From an uncultured Candidatus Saccharibacteria bacterium (lineage in GTDB: Bacteria; Patescibacteriota; Minisyncoccia; UBA6257; 2-01-FULL-56-20), in assembly GCA_964416665.1 (NCBI GenBank), contig CAYQFA010000001.1, positions 1 to 38,081 of the forward strand: a DNA stretch of 38,081 bases. The letters run 5' to 3'. The notes beneath the pieces are model-generated. The model saw nothing but the letters and a program-made list of their open reading frames with translations, had not been told where the DNA came from and ran no database searches. The translations under genes and the position numbers were made by a program. This document shows positions 26,091 through 34,549 of the stretch, piece by piece (positions within the stretch are counted from its first letter, which is position 1; the number at the start of each line of letters is the position of its first letter).

Positions 26091-26875
26091 TCATTTTTCT
26101 CTACGGCCCTGATGATTATCGGCGACAACTGAAAAAGCAGTCGCTTGTCGATGAATTCAACAAGAAGCGCTCGGCGACCGGTTTAGCCTTTTTTGATCTG
26201 GAAAATGGTAGCGCGCAGGATGAGCTTCTCGAATTCCTCGCGAACCAATCCATCTTCGAATCGGCGAAACTCGCGGTAATCGAAAACGCGTTCGAGATTC
26301 CCGCGCCAAAATTGGCAAAACTGCTTAAGCCATTCTTGGTTTCTAAAAATATCACTTTACTTATCACCGAAAAAGATAAACCAATGAAGGCGCTCGCGTT
26401 CCTTTTGGAAAAGCCGGCGATCGCGCAGAAATTCGAAGTTCTCTCGGGTGCCGAATGGATCAGCTTCATTAAAGCTGAGGCAAAAAAACTTGGTATTCAA
26501 TTTACCGCCTCAGCGATCCAATTTTTGGCGGATGTATATCAGGGCGATACGTGGGGTGTTATCACCGAACTTCAAAAGCTCGCCGGCTTTGCCGAAGATG
26601 GCGCGGTGATCGATAAGAAAGATCTGAATGTGTTCGATCTCGAGATCGCGCCGAACTATTGGGGGCTTATGAACGGATTGAAAAGCTATGACCTCAAAAA
26701 TCGGCTGTACGCCTTCGAGTCCATGCTCGCGCTCGGCGACCCGGCAGCGAAGATATTCAACATCCTTGCATCGCAATGGCAAGAAAAAATTCCGCACATG
26801 GCGGAATATGATCTGGCGGTGAAGTCCGGAAAAGTGGACTACGAAGAGGCCTTGGTAGACTTATTGATCAGCTGA
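26087..26875 (+). CDS. holA: DNA polymerase III delta subunit (short form), tentative
   Basis: The N-terminus MIIFLYGPDDYRRQ… and the length and layout resemble the short HolA proteins I recall from CPR genomes. Similarity is weak. The start overlaps the pyrG stop (ATGA). Confidence 0.55.
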   Translation: MIIFLYGPDDYRRQLKKQSLVDEFNKKRSATGLAFFDLENGSAQDELLEFLANQSIFESAKLAVIENAFEIPAPKLAKLLKPFLVSKNITLLITEKDKPMKALAFLLEKPAIAQKFEVLSGAEWISFIKAEAKKLGIQFTASAIQFLADVYQGDTWGVITELQKLAGFAEDGAVIDKKDLNVFDLEIAPNYWGLMNGLKSYDLKNRLYAFESMLALGDPAAKIFNILASQWQEKIPHMAEYDLAVKSGKVDYEEALVDLLIS

Positions 26876-27114
26876 GCGAGACGTGACTTTAGGCGGCTGG
26901 CCTTATTCTTTTCAATGACGTTCGTCTTTGCAGCCTTGTCGAGAGCCTTGAACGCTGCCGGAAGCGCCTTTGCGGCCTCATCGAGCTTCTTTGCGGCTAC
27001 AAGCTTGCGGTAATCAATAACAGCCTTCTTATAGGCCTCTTTTTTGACCACATTTCTCGTGTGGCGGGTCTTGTTCTGGCGGAGCGCTTTCTTTGCTGAT
27101 GTAGTGATTGGCAT
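26839..27114 (-). CDS. rpsT: 30S ribosomal protein S20
   Basis: MPITTSAKKALRQNKTRHTRNVVKKEAYKKAV… is a canonical S20 N-terminus. 91 aa. Its 3' end overlaps holA convergently by 37 nt. Confidence 0.9.
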   Translation of the reverse strand: MPITTSAKKALRQNKTRHTRNVVKKEAYKKAVIDYRKLVAAKKLDEAAKALPAAFKALDKAAKTNVIEKNKASRLKSRLAQLINKSTKASS

Positions 27115-27217
27115 GAGGGTTAGTATAAAACAAAAATGGATAATTGCAAGCGGGCAGGGTCTTTTAATGAGAACGCCCCCGAAAAGATGTTCTTTTGCGG
27201 GGGCTGAAATGCGATGG

Positions 27218-27763
27218 TCAATCGTTTTTTGGCGGGAAGTTCTGCATCAGGCGGATATTGCGGGCCCCCAACCAGATATGCACCGCCGTCACGCCGGCGT
27301 TGACTGTTATGGTTGTGATCTTTGCGGCGTTCCCGTGATGAATGAAGTGTCGCGGGATCGTAACGGATGTCCACGACAACAATTCCTCGAACACCGCCGA
27401 AGATCCTGCTACTCCGACCTTGTTGCACGGGCCAAAGCCTGTCAGCAAGGGGTCGGCCTCGCAGATGGACACCGTCATGCCTTTGTACTTGCCTGGGGTG
27501 GTGTAGCTATACCCCGGGACCGTCAGTCCGGCCTCCGTTGCCCCCAGGTCGAACACCGCCGCAGGATATCGCTCAAGAATGAGCGAGAGCTTTTCGATCC
27601 TGTCGAGTCTGGAGTGCCCCGTGATCATGGTATATCCGGGACCCATGGCGATCTTTTTGATTGCCATGGGCAAGGGAGCATCGGGCAGGTCTTGCGCCCG
27701 GCCGACGAGTGTTGAGGTAAACGCGAATACAAGAGCAAAGACAACTAAGAAACTTTTTTTCAC
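27218..27763 (-). CDS. secreted hypothetical protein
   Basis: Signal peptide MKKSFLVVFALVFAFTSTLVGRAQD. 181 aa. No family recognised. Confidence 0.6.
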   Translation of the reverse strand: MKKSFLVVFALVFAFTSTLVGRAQDLPDAPLPMAIKKIAMGPGYTMITGHSRLDRIEKLSLILERYPAAVFDLGATEAGLTVPGYSYTTPGKYKGMTVSICEADPLLTGFGPCNKVGVAGSSAVFEELLSWTSVTIPRHFIHHGNAAKITTITVNAGVTAVHIWLGARNIRLMQNFPPKND

Positions 27764-27948
27764 AATCGTCTCCTGGGTGCAAAATTGAGCTTCTCGCGCA
27801 ACTGTTATTCTGTTGGCAAGCGAACTCTGCCCGTATTAATATCATTTTCGCTTCTATTTGTCAAGATTTCCGCAGTGATTTCATGGCTTCGCGCCACCCG
27901 ACCTCTTCCAGCGCTCCTTTTTATCCGCATCCGCGCTATAATGGAGGC

Positions 27949-28527
27949 ATGATTTATAGCGTCTTGGGGAAGTTGGCGTTAAAAGGGGATGGTTTTGTGG
28001 TCGTTGAAGTTGGTGGTCTCGGCATTAAACTTTACGCGAGCAAGCGAACCATTGACGCATTGCCGGCAGCCGGGGGTGAGGCAAAGTTCTTTTCGCATCT
28101 TAATGTGAAAGAGGACGCTCTCGATCTCTACGGTTTTGTTTCCCAGGAAGAGTTGGATTTCTTTGAGCTTCTCATCTCAGTTTCGGGCGTCGGGCCAAAG
28201 TCGGCTCTCGCGATCCTTGACGTCGGGCCATTAGGCGAGCTTGCCGCGGCGATCAAGGAAGGGCGCCCCGATCTGCTCACCCGCGCGGCGGGTGTCGGCA
28301 GGAAGATCGCCGAGCGGGTCATTTTGGAATTGAGGTCAAAGGTAACATCGGTGACCTCCGGCGCGGTCGTGGAAAAAATGCAGACGGACTCGGATCTTGT
28401 GGAGGCACTTACCGGTCTCGGCTATCGCCGCGATGAGGCGCGTGCCGCGCTTGGAAAAGTTGATGCCGCGGTGACGGGGACCGAAGACCGCTTGAAAGCG
28501 GCGCTCAGAATATTAAGCACGAAATAA
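27949..28527 (+). CDS. ruvA: Holliday junction DNA-binding protein RuvA
   Basis: MIYSVLGKLALKGDGFVVVEVGGLGIKLYAS…, an HhH region (LISVSGVGPKSALAIL…AGVGRKIAERV) and a domain III tail. GGAGG lies just upstream of the ATG, and a TATAAT is at 27936-27941. Confidence 0.9.
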   Translation: MIYSVLGKLALKGDGFVVVEVGGLGIKLYASKRTIDALPAAGGEAKFFSHLNVKEDALDLYGFVSQEELDFFELLISVSGVGPKSALAILDVGPLGELAAAIKEGRPDLLTRAAGVGRKIAERVILELRSKVTSVTSGAVVEKMQTDSDLVEALTGLGYRRDEARAALGKVDAAVTGTEDRLKAALRILSTK

Positions 28528-28551
28528 TTTACTTTATCATCACCGTCCTTT

Positions 28552-29865
28552 ATGGCGAACATTAAAAACAGCCGACTCGTAAAATTTTTCTATAATCTCC
28601 CCGGCGTAACATCCACATACCATTTTTTATGGGCATGGACCGGCGCCACCATCTATCGCCATCCGAGCAAGAAGCTCATCGTCATCGGCGTGACAGGTAC
28701 GAAAGGGAAGACGACGACCATTGAACTTATTAATGCCGTCCTCGAAGCTGCCGGTGAGCGGACGGCTTTGCTTTCATCGCTGCGCGTGAAGGTCGGCGAA
28801 AAGACCACCAAGAACCAAACCCGTAATTCGATGCCGGGTCGTGCTTTTTTGCAGCACTTTTTGCGCGACGCGTCGCATGCCGGATGTAAATACGCGCTGA
28901 TCGAGGTCACGTCACAGGGTGTGGTGTTGCATCGCCATCGCTTCGTTGCGTGGGATATCGGCGTCTTGACGAATCTTGCCCCGGAGCACATCGAATCGCA
29001 CGGGTCGTTCGAGAACTATCGCGCGGCAAAACTCGCATTTTTGGAGTACGTGTGTGCGCATGGCGGTCAGGTCTTTTTGAATCGCGACGAGAAGAACTTT
29101 GATTTTTTTACCCGCGCGCTTTTTAAGCACGCGCCGATGAGTTATTCAAAAGAAGACGAAACGCTCAAGAATTGTTTGCCGAAGATCCGCGCGGCACGCG
29201 CGGCGGAAGTGGGTACGGATGGATCGGGCGCTCAATCGGAAAAATTTCTTTTGAGCGAATTTAATGAGGAGAACATTGCGGTCGCCGCGGCGATCGCGAA
29301 GACGTTCGGCATCGACGATGCGACCATAGAAAAAGCCATTCTCAATTTTGGCGGCGTGCCGGGACGGATGGAGTTCGTAAAAGCGAACGGCTATACGGCG
29401 GTCGTCGATTATGCCCATACCCCCGACTCACTTGAAGCGGCGTACAAAGCAGTGAAATCAAAGCCGTCGTCGACGAATCCGAATCCGCGCCTGATTTGCG
29501 TGTTAGGTGCCGCCGGCGGGGGACGTGACAAGTGGAAGCGCCCGGCAATGGGCGCGATTGCCGCGAAATATTGTGACGAGATAATCCTTACCGACGAGGA
29601 TTCCTACGACGAAGATCCGGCTGCGATCGTCGCGGCCATCAAAGAGGGAATTATGAATGAGTATTATCCTGCCGCGATGTTGCACGAAATACTTGACCGA
29701 AAGGCGGCGATACAAAAAGCGATTGCCGTTGCGCGACCCGGCGTCGGTGATGTGATCATCGGCACCGGCAAGGGGAGCGAGGAATGGATCCATTGCGCCA
29801 ACGGCAAAAAGATCCCGTGGAACGAACGCGAGACGTTTGAGGAGTTGCTACAAAAAAAGCCCTAA
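28552..29865 (+). CDS. murE: Mur ligase, MurE-like (UDP-MurNAc-tripeptide synthetase)
   Basis: GVTGTKGKTTT P-loop, DYAHTPDSLEA, GAAGGGRDKWKRP. The N-terminal domain is short. Confidence 0.75.
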   Translation: MANIKNSRLVKFFYNLPGVTSTYHFLWAWTGATIYRHPSKKLIVIGVTGTKGKTTTIELINAVLEAAGERTALLSSLRVKVGEKTTKNQTRNSMPGRAFLQHFLRDASHAGCKYALIEVTSQGVVLHRHRFVAWDIGVLTNLAPEHIESHGSFENYRAAKLAFLEYVCAHGGQVFLNRDEKNFDFFTRALFKHAPMSYSKEDETLKNCLPKIRAARAAEVGTDGSGAQSEKFLLSEFNEENIAVAAAIAKTFGIDDATIEKAILNFGGVPGRMEFVKANGYTAVVDYAHTPDSLEAAYKAVKSKPSSTNPNPRLICVLGAAGGGRDKWKRPAMGAIAAKYCDEIILTDEDSYDEDPAAIVAAIKEGIMNEYYPAAMLHEILDRKAAIQKAIAVARPGVGDVIIGTGKGSEEWIHCANGKKIPWNERETFEELLQKKP

Positions 29866-29885
29866 GCGGCGTATACTTTCCATAT

Positions 29886-31232
29886 ATGAAACTAACTTTT
29901 TACGGTGGCACCGGTGAGGCGACGGGGGCGAATTATGTTTTGGAGTCGAATGGTACGAAGATCATGATCGATTGCGGCCTCCATCAGGGCAGCCATTATG
30001 CCGAGAGCGAGAATTTTGAGGCGTTCGCCTACGACCCGAAGGAAATCACCGCGGTCTTCATAACCCACTCGCATCTTGACCACATCGGTCGTTTGCCAAG
30101 CCTGGTGAAGGCGGGCTTCCACGGTACGATCTATTCGACGACCGCCACACAGGACTTCGCCGAGCTTATGTTGCTTGATTCCGAACACCTATTGGCGAGC
30201 GAGGCCGAGCGCGAAGGAAAACCGGCGCTCTATAATAACGAGGACATCGCGCGCGTGATGCATTTATGGCATGGGCTTGAATACCACGAGTCAGTGGCCA
30301 TCGAAGGTTTTAAGATAGAGCTTTATGATGCCGGACACATTCTTGGGTCCGCGATCATCCATGTCGAGGTCGAGGGGAAGACGATCGTTTTCTCCGGCGA
30401 CCTTGGCAACACCCCGGCGCCCATCATTAAGCCGACCGAGAAGATCCCTTCGGCGGATTATTGCCTTATCGAATCCACTTACGGCGACCGCGTGCACGAG
30501 GATGTCGCCGGGCGCAAGGAGATGCTGGAGAAGGCGGTCATCGAAACCGTTCAGGCAGGTGGTGTCCTGATGATCCCGACGTTCGCCATGGAGCGTACGC
30601 AGGAATTGCTGTATCACCTCCACCAACTGTTCGAGGCAAAGCTGATCCCGCGCGTGCCGGTGTTCATCGACAGCCCGCTCGCCATCAAACTCACGGCGGT
30701 CTATAAAAAGCACGAAAGTTATTTCAATAAGGAGACGCAGGATCTCGCGCGATCAGGCGATGACATTCTTAATTTTCCGGGATTGCGGCTCACGCTTACC
30801 ACCGAGCAGTCGAAGGAGATCAACGGTGTTCCGGCGCCAAAAGTGATCATCGCCGGTTCCGGCATGTCGAATGGCGGGAGAATTCTCCATCACGAGCTGC
30901 GTTATCTTCCCGATCCGAAGAGCGAGATCCTCTTCGTGGGTTATCAGGCCGATGGCTCGATGGGTCGGCAGCTGCTTGAGGGTGCGACGGAAGTGAAAAT
31001 CTTCGGGGAGACCGTTCCGGTGCGCGCGAAACGCGTAAACATCCCCGGCTACTCGGCCCACGCCGACCAGCCGCACCTTCTTGACTGGCTGAGTTCCATG
31101 GCGCCCACGCTCAAAAAAGTTTTCGTGGTACAGGGCGAGCAGCAATCGGCCGAAACGCTTGCCGGAAAGATCACGGAGGAATTTCATGTGGAGGCGGAGG
31201 TGCCGAAAGCGGGCGAGAGTGTGATATTATAA
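29886..31232 (+). CDS. MBL-fold beta-CASP ribonuclease (RNase J/CPSF-like)
   Basis: HSHLDHIG metallo-beta-lactamase motif. beta-CASP motifs ESTYGD and GYSAHAD. 448 aa. Confidence 0.8.
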   Translation: MKLTFYGGTGEATGANYVLESNGTKIMIDCGLHQGSHYAESENFEAFAYDPKEITAVFITHSHLDHIGRLPSLVKAGFHGTIYSTTATQDFAELMLLDSEHLLASEAEREGKPALYNNEDIARVMHLWHGLEYHESVAIEGFKIELYDAGHILGSAIIHVEVEGKTIVFSGDLGNTPAPIIKPTEKIPSADYCLIESTYGDRVHEDVAGRKEMLEKAVIETVQAGGVLMIPTFAMERTQELLYHLHQLFEAKLIPRVPVFIDSPLAIKLTAVYKKHESYFNKETQDLARSGDDILNFPGLRLTLTTEQSKEINGVPAPKVIIAGSGMSNGGRILHHELRYLPDPKSEILFVGYQADGSMGRQLLEGATEVKIFGETVPVRAKRVNIPGYSAHADQPHLLDWLSSMAPTLKKVFVVQGEQQSAETLAGKITEEFHVEAEVPKAGESVIL

Positions 31233-31242
31233 AACTACTATT

Positions 31243-31872
31243 ATGCCAAAGAAAAAAGCGAACGACATCGGAAGCAGTTATCTGAAATACAAAGTTTGCA
31301 TTTCGGGATCGGCGGAAACAAAAAATTGTCCCCCGGGCACCATCGAAAAGGCCATGGAGATAGGAAGGTTGGTCGCCGAGCAGGGCGCGGTGCTTGTCAC
31401 TGGCGCGACGACGGGGATCCCGTATTGGTGCGCGAAGGGTGCAAAGGAGGCTGGCGGCATCGTCATCGGCCTCTCGCCGGCGGTATCAAAACTTGCACAC
31501 GTGAAGACCTATCATCTGCCGCTCGAATATCACGACCTCATCATTTATACCGGCTTCGATTATTCCGGCAGGAACCTTCTCCTCACCCGCTCTGCGGATG
31601 CCGTCATCACCATCTACGGCCGCGTTGGCACACTCAACGAATTTACGATCGCGTTCGAAGACAAGAAGCCGCAGGGCGTTTTGACGGGCACCGGCGGCGA
31701 GAGCGATGAGATCAAGCATATTTTGGAGATCGCCCATCGCGGTATGGGCAAGGTGATATTTGATTCCAATCCGAAGGCGCTGGTTGAAAGAGTGATGAAG
31801 CGCGTCCGCGACGAGGAAAAGAATGTGACCGCGAAGGACGTGAGGGCAACGGCGCGCCACGCAGGGGGATAA
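31243..31872 (+). CDS. SLOG/LOG-superfamily Rossmann protein (TIGR00725-like)
   Basis: ISGSAE…LVTGATTGIPYWCAKGAKEAGGIVIGLSP…TIYGRVGTLNEF matches my recollection of the TIGR00725 / LOG-like fold pattern. Confidence 0.6.
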   Translation: MPKKKANDIGSSYLKYKVCISGSAETKNCPPGTIEKAMEIGRLVAEQGAVLVTGATTGIPYWCAKGAKEAGGIVIGLSPAVSKLAHVKTYHLPLEYHDLIIYTGFDYSGRNLLLTRSADAVITIYGRVGTLNEFTIAFEDKKPQGVLTGTGGESDEIKHILEIAHRGMGKVIFDSNPKALVERVMKRVRDEEKNVTAKDVRATARHAGG

Positions 31873-31877
31873 ACGCC

Positions 31878-32990
31878 ATGGATAAAGCACAGAGGTTCAA
31901 GATCGCCGGACTTGTCGCCGCAGCCACGGTGGGCGACGGCATTTTCGCGTTGCCATATATTTTTTATGAGGCGGGTTGGCTGCTCTGCCTCTTTTATATG
32001 GTCGCATTGGCCGGTCTTGTCGTACTCGCCCATAGCGTGTATCTTGCCACGCTCGAAAAGGTTGGCGAGAAAGAGCGGCTGCTCGGGCTCGCAAGGATCT
32101 ATTTGGGCGAGAGCGGTTTCTGGATAGGCTTTTTTGCGATCGTCATGGGCCTTCTACTGACCCTCCTTGCCTACCTTCTCCTTGGGACGCAGTTCATCCA
32201 CCTCGCGTTGCCATCCGTGGGCGAGCAGTATGCTTTCGTGGCCTTTTGGGCATTCATCTCCATCCCATTGTTCCTTGATAATCGTCGCGCCGCCGATCTG
32301 GAATTCTTTGGTATCATCGCTACGACGGTAATCGTCCTTTTGATCTTTTTTACCGCCATCCCTCACGTGGTCTTCAATGGGGTTCCCGCCATCAGCGCGA
32401 AAAACATCTTCCTTCCCTTCGGCGCGATACTGTTCTCGCTTGCCGGATGGACAAGTATCGAGCCGGTATATGAGGCCAGGAAAAAAGGGAAAGGATCAGG
32501 CGGCCGTCCGTGGATATCCCTCGCGCTGGGGACCGGCATCGCGGCGTTGCTCTTTACCATGTTCGCGGCCGGGATATTGGGATCGAGCTCTGTCATCACT
32601 CCCGATACCGCTTCCGGTCTTGCGGCGTGGCCGTTTTGGAAAAAAGAGATGCTTGCGATCATGGGATTGATCGCCGTGGGAACGGTCTATATCCCGATCT
32701 CGCGCGAGATCAAAAATTCATTGGAGAAGGATCTCCACTGGAATACGTTCATCTCCCGCGGCACCATCCTTTTTCTGCCGCCGCTGCTTATCGCGCTTGG
32801 GCTCAATGATTTTCTGGCCGTCATCGGCCTGGTCGGAGGGTTGTTCCTGAGCATGCAGTACCTTCTTATCGTTTCGGTGGGTCGGCGCGCGCTTGCGCCC
32901 GGGCCGGCAAAGAAGTTCTTTCTCGATGTTGCCGCCGCGATATTCATTCTCGCCGCGGTTTACGAGCTATACCAGTTTGTAGTACATTAG
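31878..32990 (+). CDS. polytopic membrane transporter, amino-acid-permease-like
   Basis: About 10-11 predicted TM helices. The N-terminal VGDGIFALPYIFYEAGW resembles amino-acid/aromatic permease families. Substrate unknown. Confidence 0.5.
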   Translation: MDKAQRFKIAGLVAAATVGDGIFALPYIFYEAGWLLCLFYMVALAGLVVLAHSVYLATLEKVGEKERLLGLARIYLGESGFWIGFFAIVMGLLLTLLAYLLLGTQFIHLALPSVGEQYAFVAFWAFISIPLFLDNRRAADLEFFGIIATTVIVLLIFFTAIPHVVFNGVPAISAKNIFLPFGAILFSLAGWTSIEPVYEARKKGKGSGGRPWISLALGTGIAALLFTMFAAGILGSSSVITPDTASGLAAWPFWKKEMLAIMGLIAVGTVYIPISREIKNSLEKDLHWNTFISRGTILFLPPLLIALGLNDFLAVIGLVGGLFLSMQYLLIVSVGRRALAPGPAKKFFLDVAAAIFILAAVYELYQFVVH

Positions 32991-33000
32991 AAGCGTCGAG

Positions 33001-33072
33001 GCTCTCGTAGTTTAATGGATAGAATATCTCCCTCCGAAGGAGGTGGTCGTGGTTCGATTCCACGCGAGAGCA
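33001..33072 (+). tRNA. tRNA-Arg (anticodon CCG)
   Basis: Hand-folded cloverleaf. Acceptor stem is GCUCUCG/CGAGAGC. D arm is GUUU-AAUGGAUA-GAAU. Anticodon arm is UCUCC-CUCCGAA-GGAGG. Variable loop is UGGU. T arm is CGUGG-UUCGAUU-CCACG. Discriminator is A. No encoded CCA. Confidence 0.9.
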
Positions 33073-33195
33073 CAAGTTGGAGTCTTTGCTTAGGATTGAG
33101 GGTCGCGTCGCAATCTGCTGATTGCGCGCTACGCCTCGGCGCCTACGCGCCTCCGGCATACCCTCAATCCTAAGCAAAGACTCCAACTTGTTTTT
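33073..33195 (+). repeat. 31-bp perfect inverted repeat (56-nt loop) followed by TTTTT; giant terminator-like hairpin
   Basis: 33073-33103 (caagttggagtctttgcttaggattgagggt) is the exact reverse complement of 33160-33190. The loop contains a 7-bp hairpin, cgcaatc-tgct-gattgcg. A T-run lies at 33191-33195. Confidence 0.85.
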
Positions 33196-33298
33196 CTTGT
33201 AGAGGAATCGAACGCCGGAGCTAATTTTTTCAGCAGAAAAAATTAGTGAGGCGGTGCCCAGGCCAAATGCGAGCGGCGGCGAGCATTTGAGCCGCGGG
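33073..33298. mobile_element. putative miniature or decayed integrated element bounded by direct repeats of the tRNA-Arg 3' end
   Basis: The 16-nt cgattccacgcgagag occurs at 33055-33070 (T-loop to acceptor of the tRNA) and again at 33299-33314. The ~228 bp between has only hairpins and no ORF. Confidence 0.4.
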
Positions 33299-33314
33299 CG
33301 ATTCCACGCGAGAG
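33299..33314 (+). repeat. duplicate of tRNA-Arg 3' end (att-like direct repeat)
   Basis: Exact 16/16 match to 33055-33070. Confidence 0.85.
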
Positions 33315-33444
33315 AGCTGTTTTTGAATTTGTGTTAGATATTTTTGATGATGTTATGATATATACACAGAAACACCAGAAGGCGCTTCTCTAAGCTTATA
33401 CTTCGCGGATTGATTTACGGCAGGCCATTCAATTCTTAGCTATC

Positions 33445-34050
33445 ATGGGAATTATAAAATTTTTATTTGGTGGTTGGATAAACCAGGTTAAGGGACACAT
33501 CGGTGAAAATTTTATCTATGGGAAGCTTCTCGAACTTGATCCAAGTCGCTATAAGATATTGAACGATCTCCTACTTAAGTCGGAAGGGAACTTAAATACC
33601 ACACAAATTGATCATGTTGTTGTCTCTAATTATGGGATATTTTGCATAGAGACCAAAGACTATGCAGGCTGGATTTTTGGGAATGCTAATCAAGAGCAAT
33701 GGACTCAGGTTATTTATCGAACCAAAAGTAGGTTCTATAACCCTTTACGCCAAAACTACGCCCACGGTAAAGCCATCGAGGCCATCGTGAGGCCACGCTA
33801 TCCCAGTGTACCGATAATTCCCTACGTCGCTTTCCCATCAGCGGACAAACTAAAAATTGCTGGCACTACCTCAGTGGGGCACGGGAGAGATTTGATCCAT
33901 AAGATTTTAAGTTTTCAGCAGCAAGTTCTTTCCGATGCCGATAGAGATATCATTTACCAGATGCTTATGAATGCCAACATTAATAGTAAGGCCATGCGCG
34001 AACTCCACGACGACAGCGTCCAAGTTTTAAAGGAAATTAATTCGCGGTAA
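33445..34050 (+). CDS. NERD (nuclease-related domain) protein
   Basis: GENFIYGKLLEL…YKILNDLLL…TQIDHVVVSNYGIFCIETKDYAGWIFG…W…NPLRQNYAH matches the NERD pattern (PF08378). The gene is visibly AT-richer than its neighbours. Confidence 0.8.
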   Translation: MGIIKFLFGGWINQVKGHIGENFIYGKLLELDPSRYKILNDLLLKSEGNLNTTQIDHVVVSNYGIFCIETKDYAGWIFGNANQEQWTQVIYRTKSRFYNPLRQNYAHGKAIEAIVRPRYPSVPIIPYVAFPSADKLKIAGTTSVGHGRDLIHKILSFQQQVLSDADRDIIYQMLMNANINSKAMRELHDDSVQVLKEINSR

Positions 34051-34059
34051 AGGGCCCCC

Positions 34060-34224
34060 ATGAAATACTCTGCAAGGCTTATCCGAGATTGCCAGGGATA
34101 CGCTAAGACGGATCTTAAGATCATTTCCGAAGAAACGGCAGAGTGGTATCTCGATAGCTATGCAGACTTATATGACTTGATGGCCGAATCAATAAAAGGA
34201 AACTTAAACAGCTTTTCTGGATAA
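34060..34224 (+). CDS. 54-aa hypothetical protein co-transcribed with the NERD gene (tentative)
   Basis: Hand translation gives MKYSARLIRDCQGYAKTDLKIISEETAEWYLDSYADLYDLMAESIKGNLNSFSG*. It starts 9 nt after the NERD stop and ends just before a terminator. Confidence 0.35.
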   Translation: MKYSARLIRDCQGYAKTDLKIISEETAEWYLDSYADLYDLMAESIKGNLNSFSG

Positions 34225-34233
34225 ATTTAAAAA

Positions 34234-34259
34234 AATTCCCGCGCGCGCGGGGATTTTTA
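34234..34259 (+). terminator. rho-independent terminator
   Basis: attcccgc-gcgc-gcggggat is a GC-rich hairpin followed by TTTTT. Confidence 0.7.
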
Positions 34260-34493
34260 GTGAAGTCGGTCGTTCATGTCATACTAGAAAAAGAAAAAAT
34301 GGAATGTGCGGGGTGTTTCGACTTTCTTGAACGACCAGAATGTGACGAAGTTGTTACCGATGCGTACGATTTTCATGGCGATGATTGTGTTTGGTTTATG
34401 ATGTTCGTCGTTGGATGATCGACCTTTCTTTTTTCTATTTATTATTTCGCAAGGAATTGCCTACTCGATAAGTCTAGGCGGCCCCGGGGAATC

Positions 34494-34543
34494 TGTCAAG
34501 TGTCAAGAGGACTTGACAGCAGTCAAGCAGTTCGTGGTATAAT
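34494..34543 (+). promoter_or_regulatory. promoter (TTGACA-19 nt-TGgTATAAT) overlapped by an array of TGTCAAG half-sites (candidate operator)
   Basis: Half-sites are TGTCAAG (34494-34500), TGTCAAG (34501-34507), spacer agga, CTTGACA (34512-34518) and GTCAAG (34522-34527). The 7-4-7 palindrome contains the -35 element. TATAAT at 34538-34543 lies only 6 nt from the ATG. Confidence 0.55.
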
Positions 34544-34549
34544 AGCCTT

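Noticed and set aside
27175-27204. A hairpin, cccccgaaaag…cttttgcggggg, between rpsT and the 27218 gene, considered as a terminator.
   Set aside because: The stem is plausible, but the U-run after it on the relevant minus strand is weak (gttctcatt). Support is insufficient for a confident call.
33104-33159. Possible small self-cleaving ribozyme (hammerhead-like CUGCUGA) in the palindrome loop.
   Set aside because: The sequence is CUGCUGA, not the CUGANGA core, and no matching GAAA or three-way junction could be drawn.
32944-33186. 80-aa minus-strand ORF.
   Set aside because: It overlaps the tRNA-Arg gene and the 31-bp palindrome. It is an artefact of these structured sequences.
34299-34418. 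39-aa Cys-containing ORF (MECAGCFDFLERPECDEVVTDAYDFHGDDCVWFMMFVVG) and a 29-aa minus-strand ORF in the same gap.
   Set aside because: They are too short, have no Shine-Dalgarno sequence, and no family is recognisable. They are mentioned only as possibilities within the islet finding and are not called as features.
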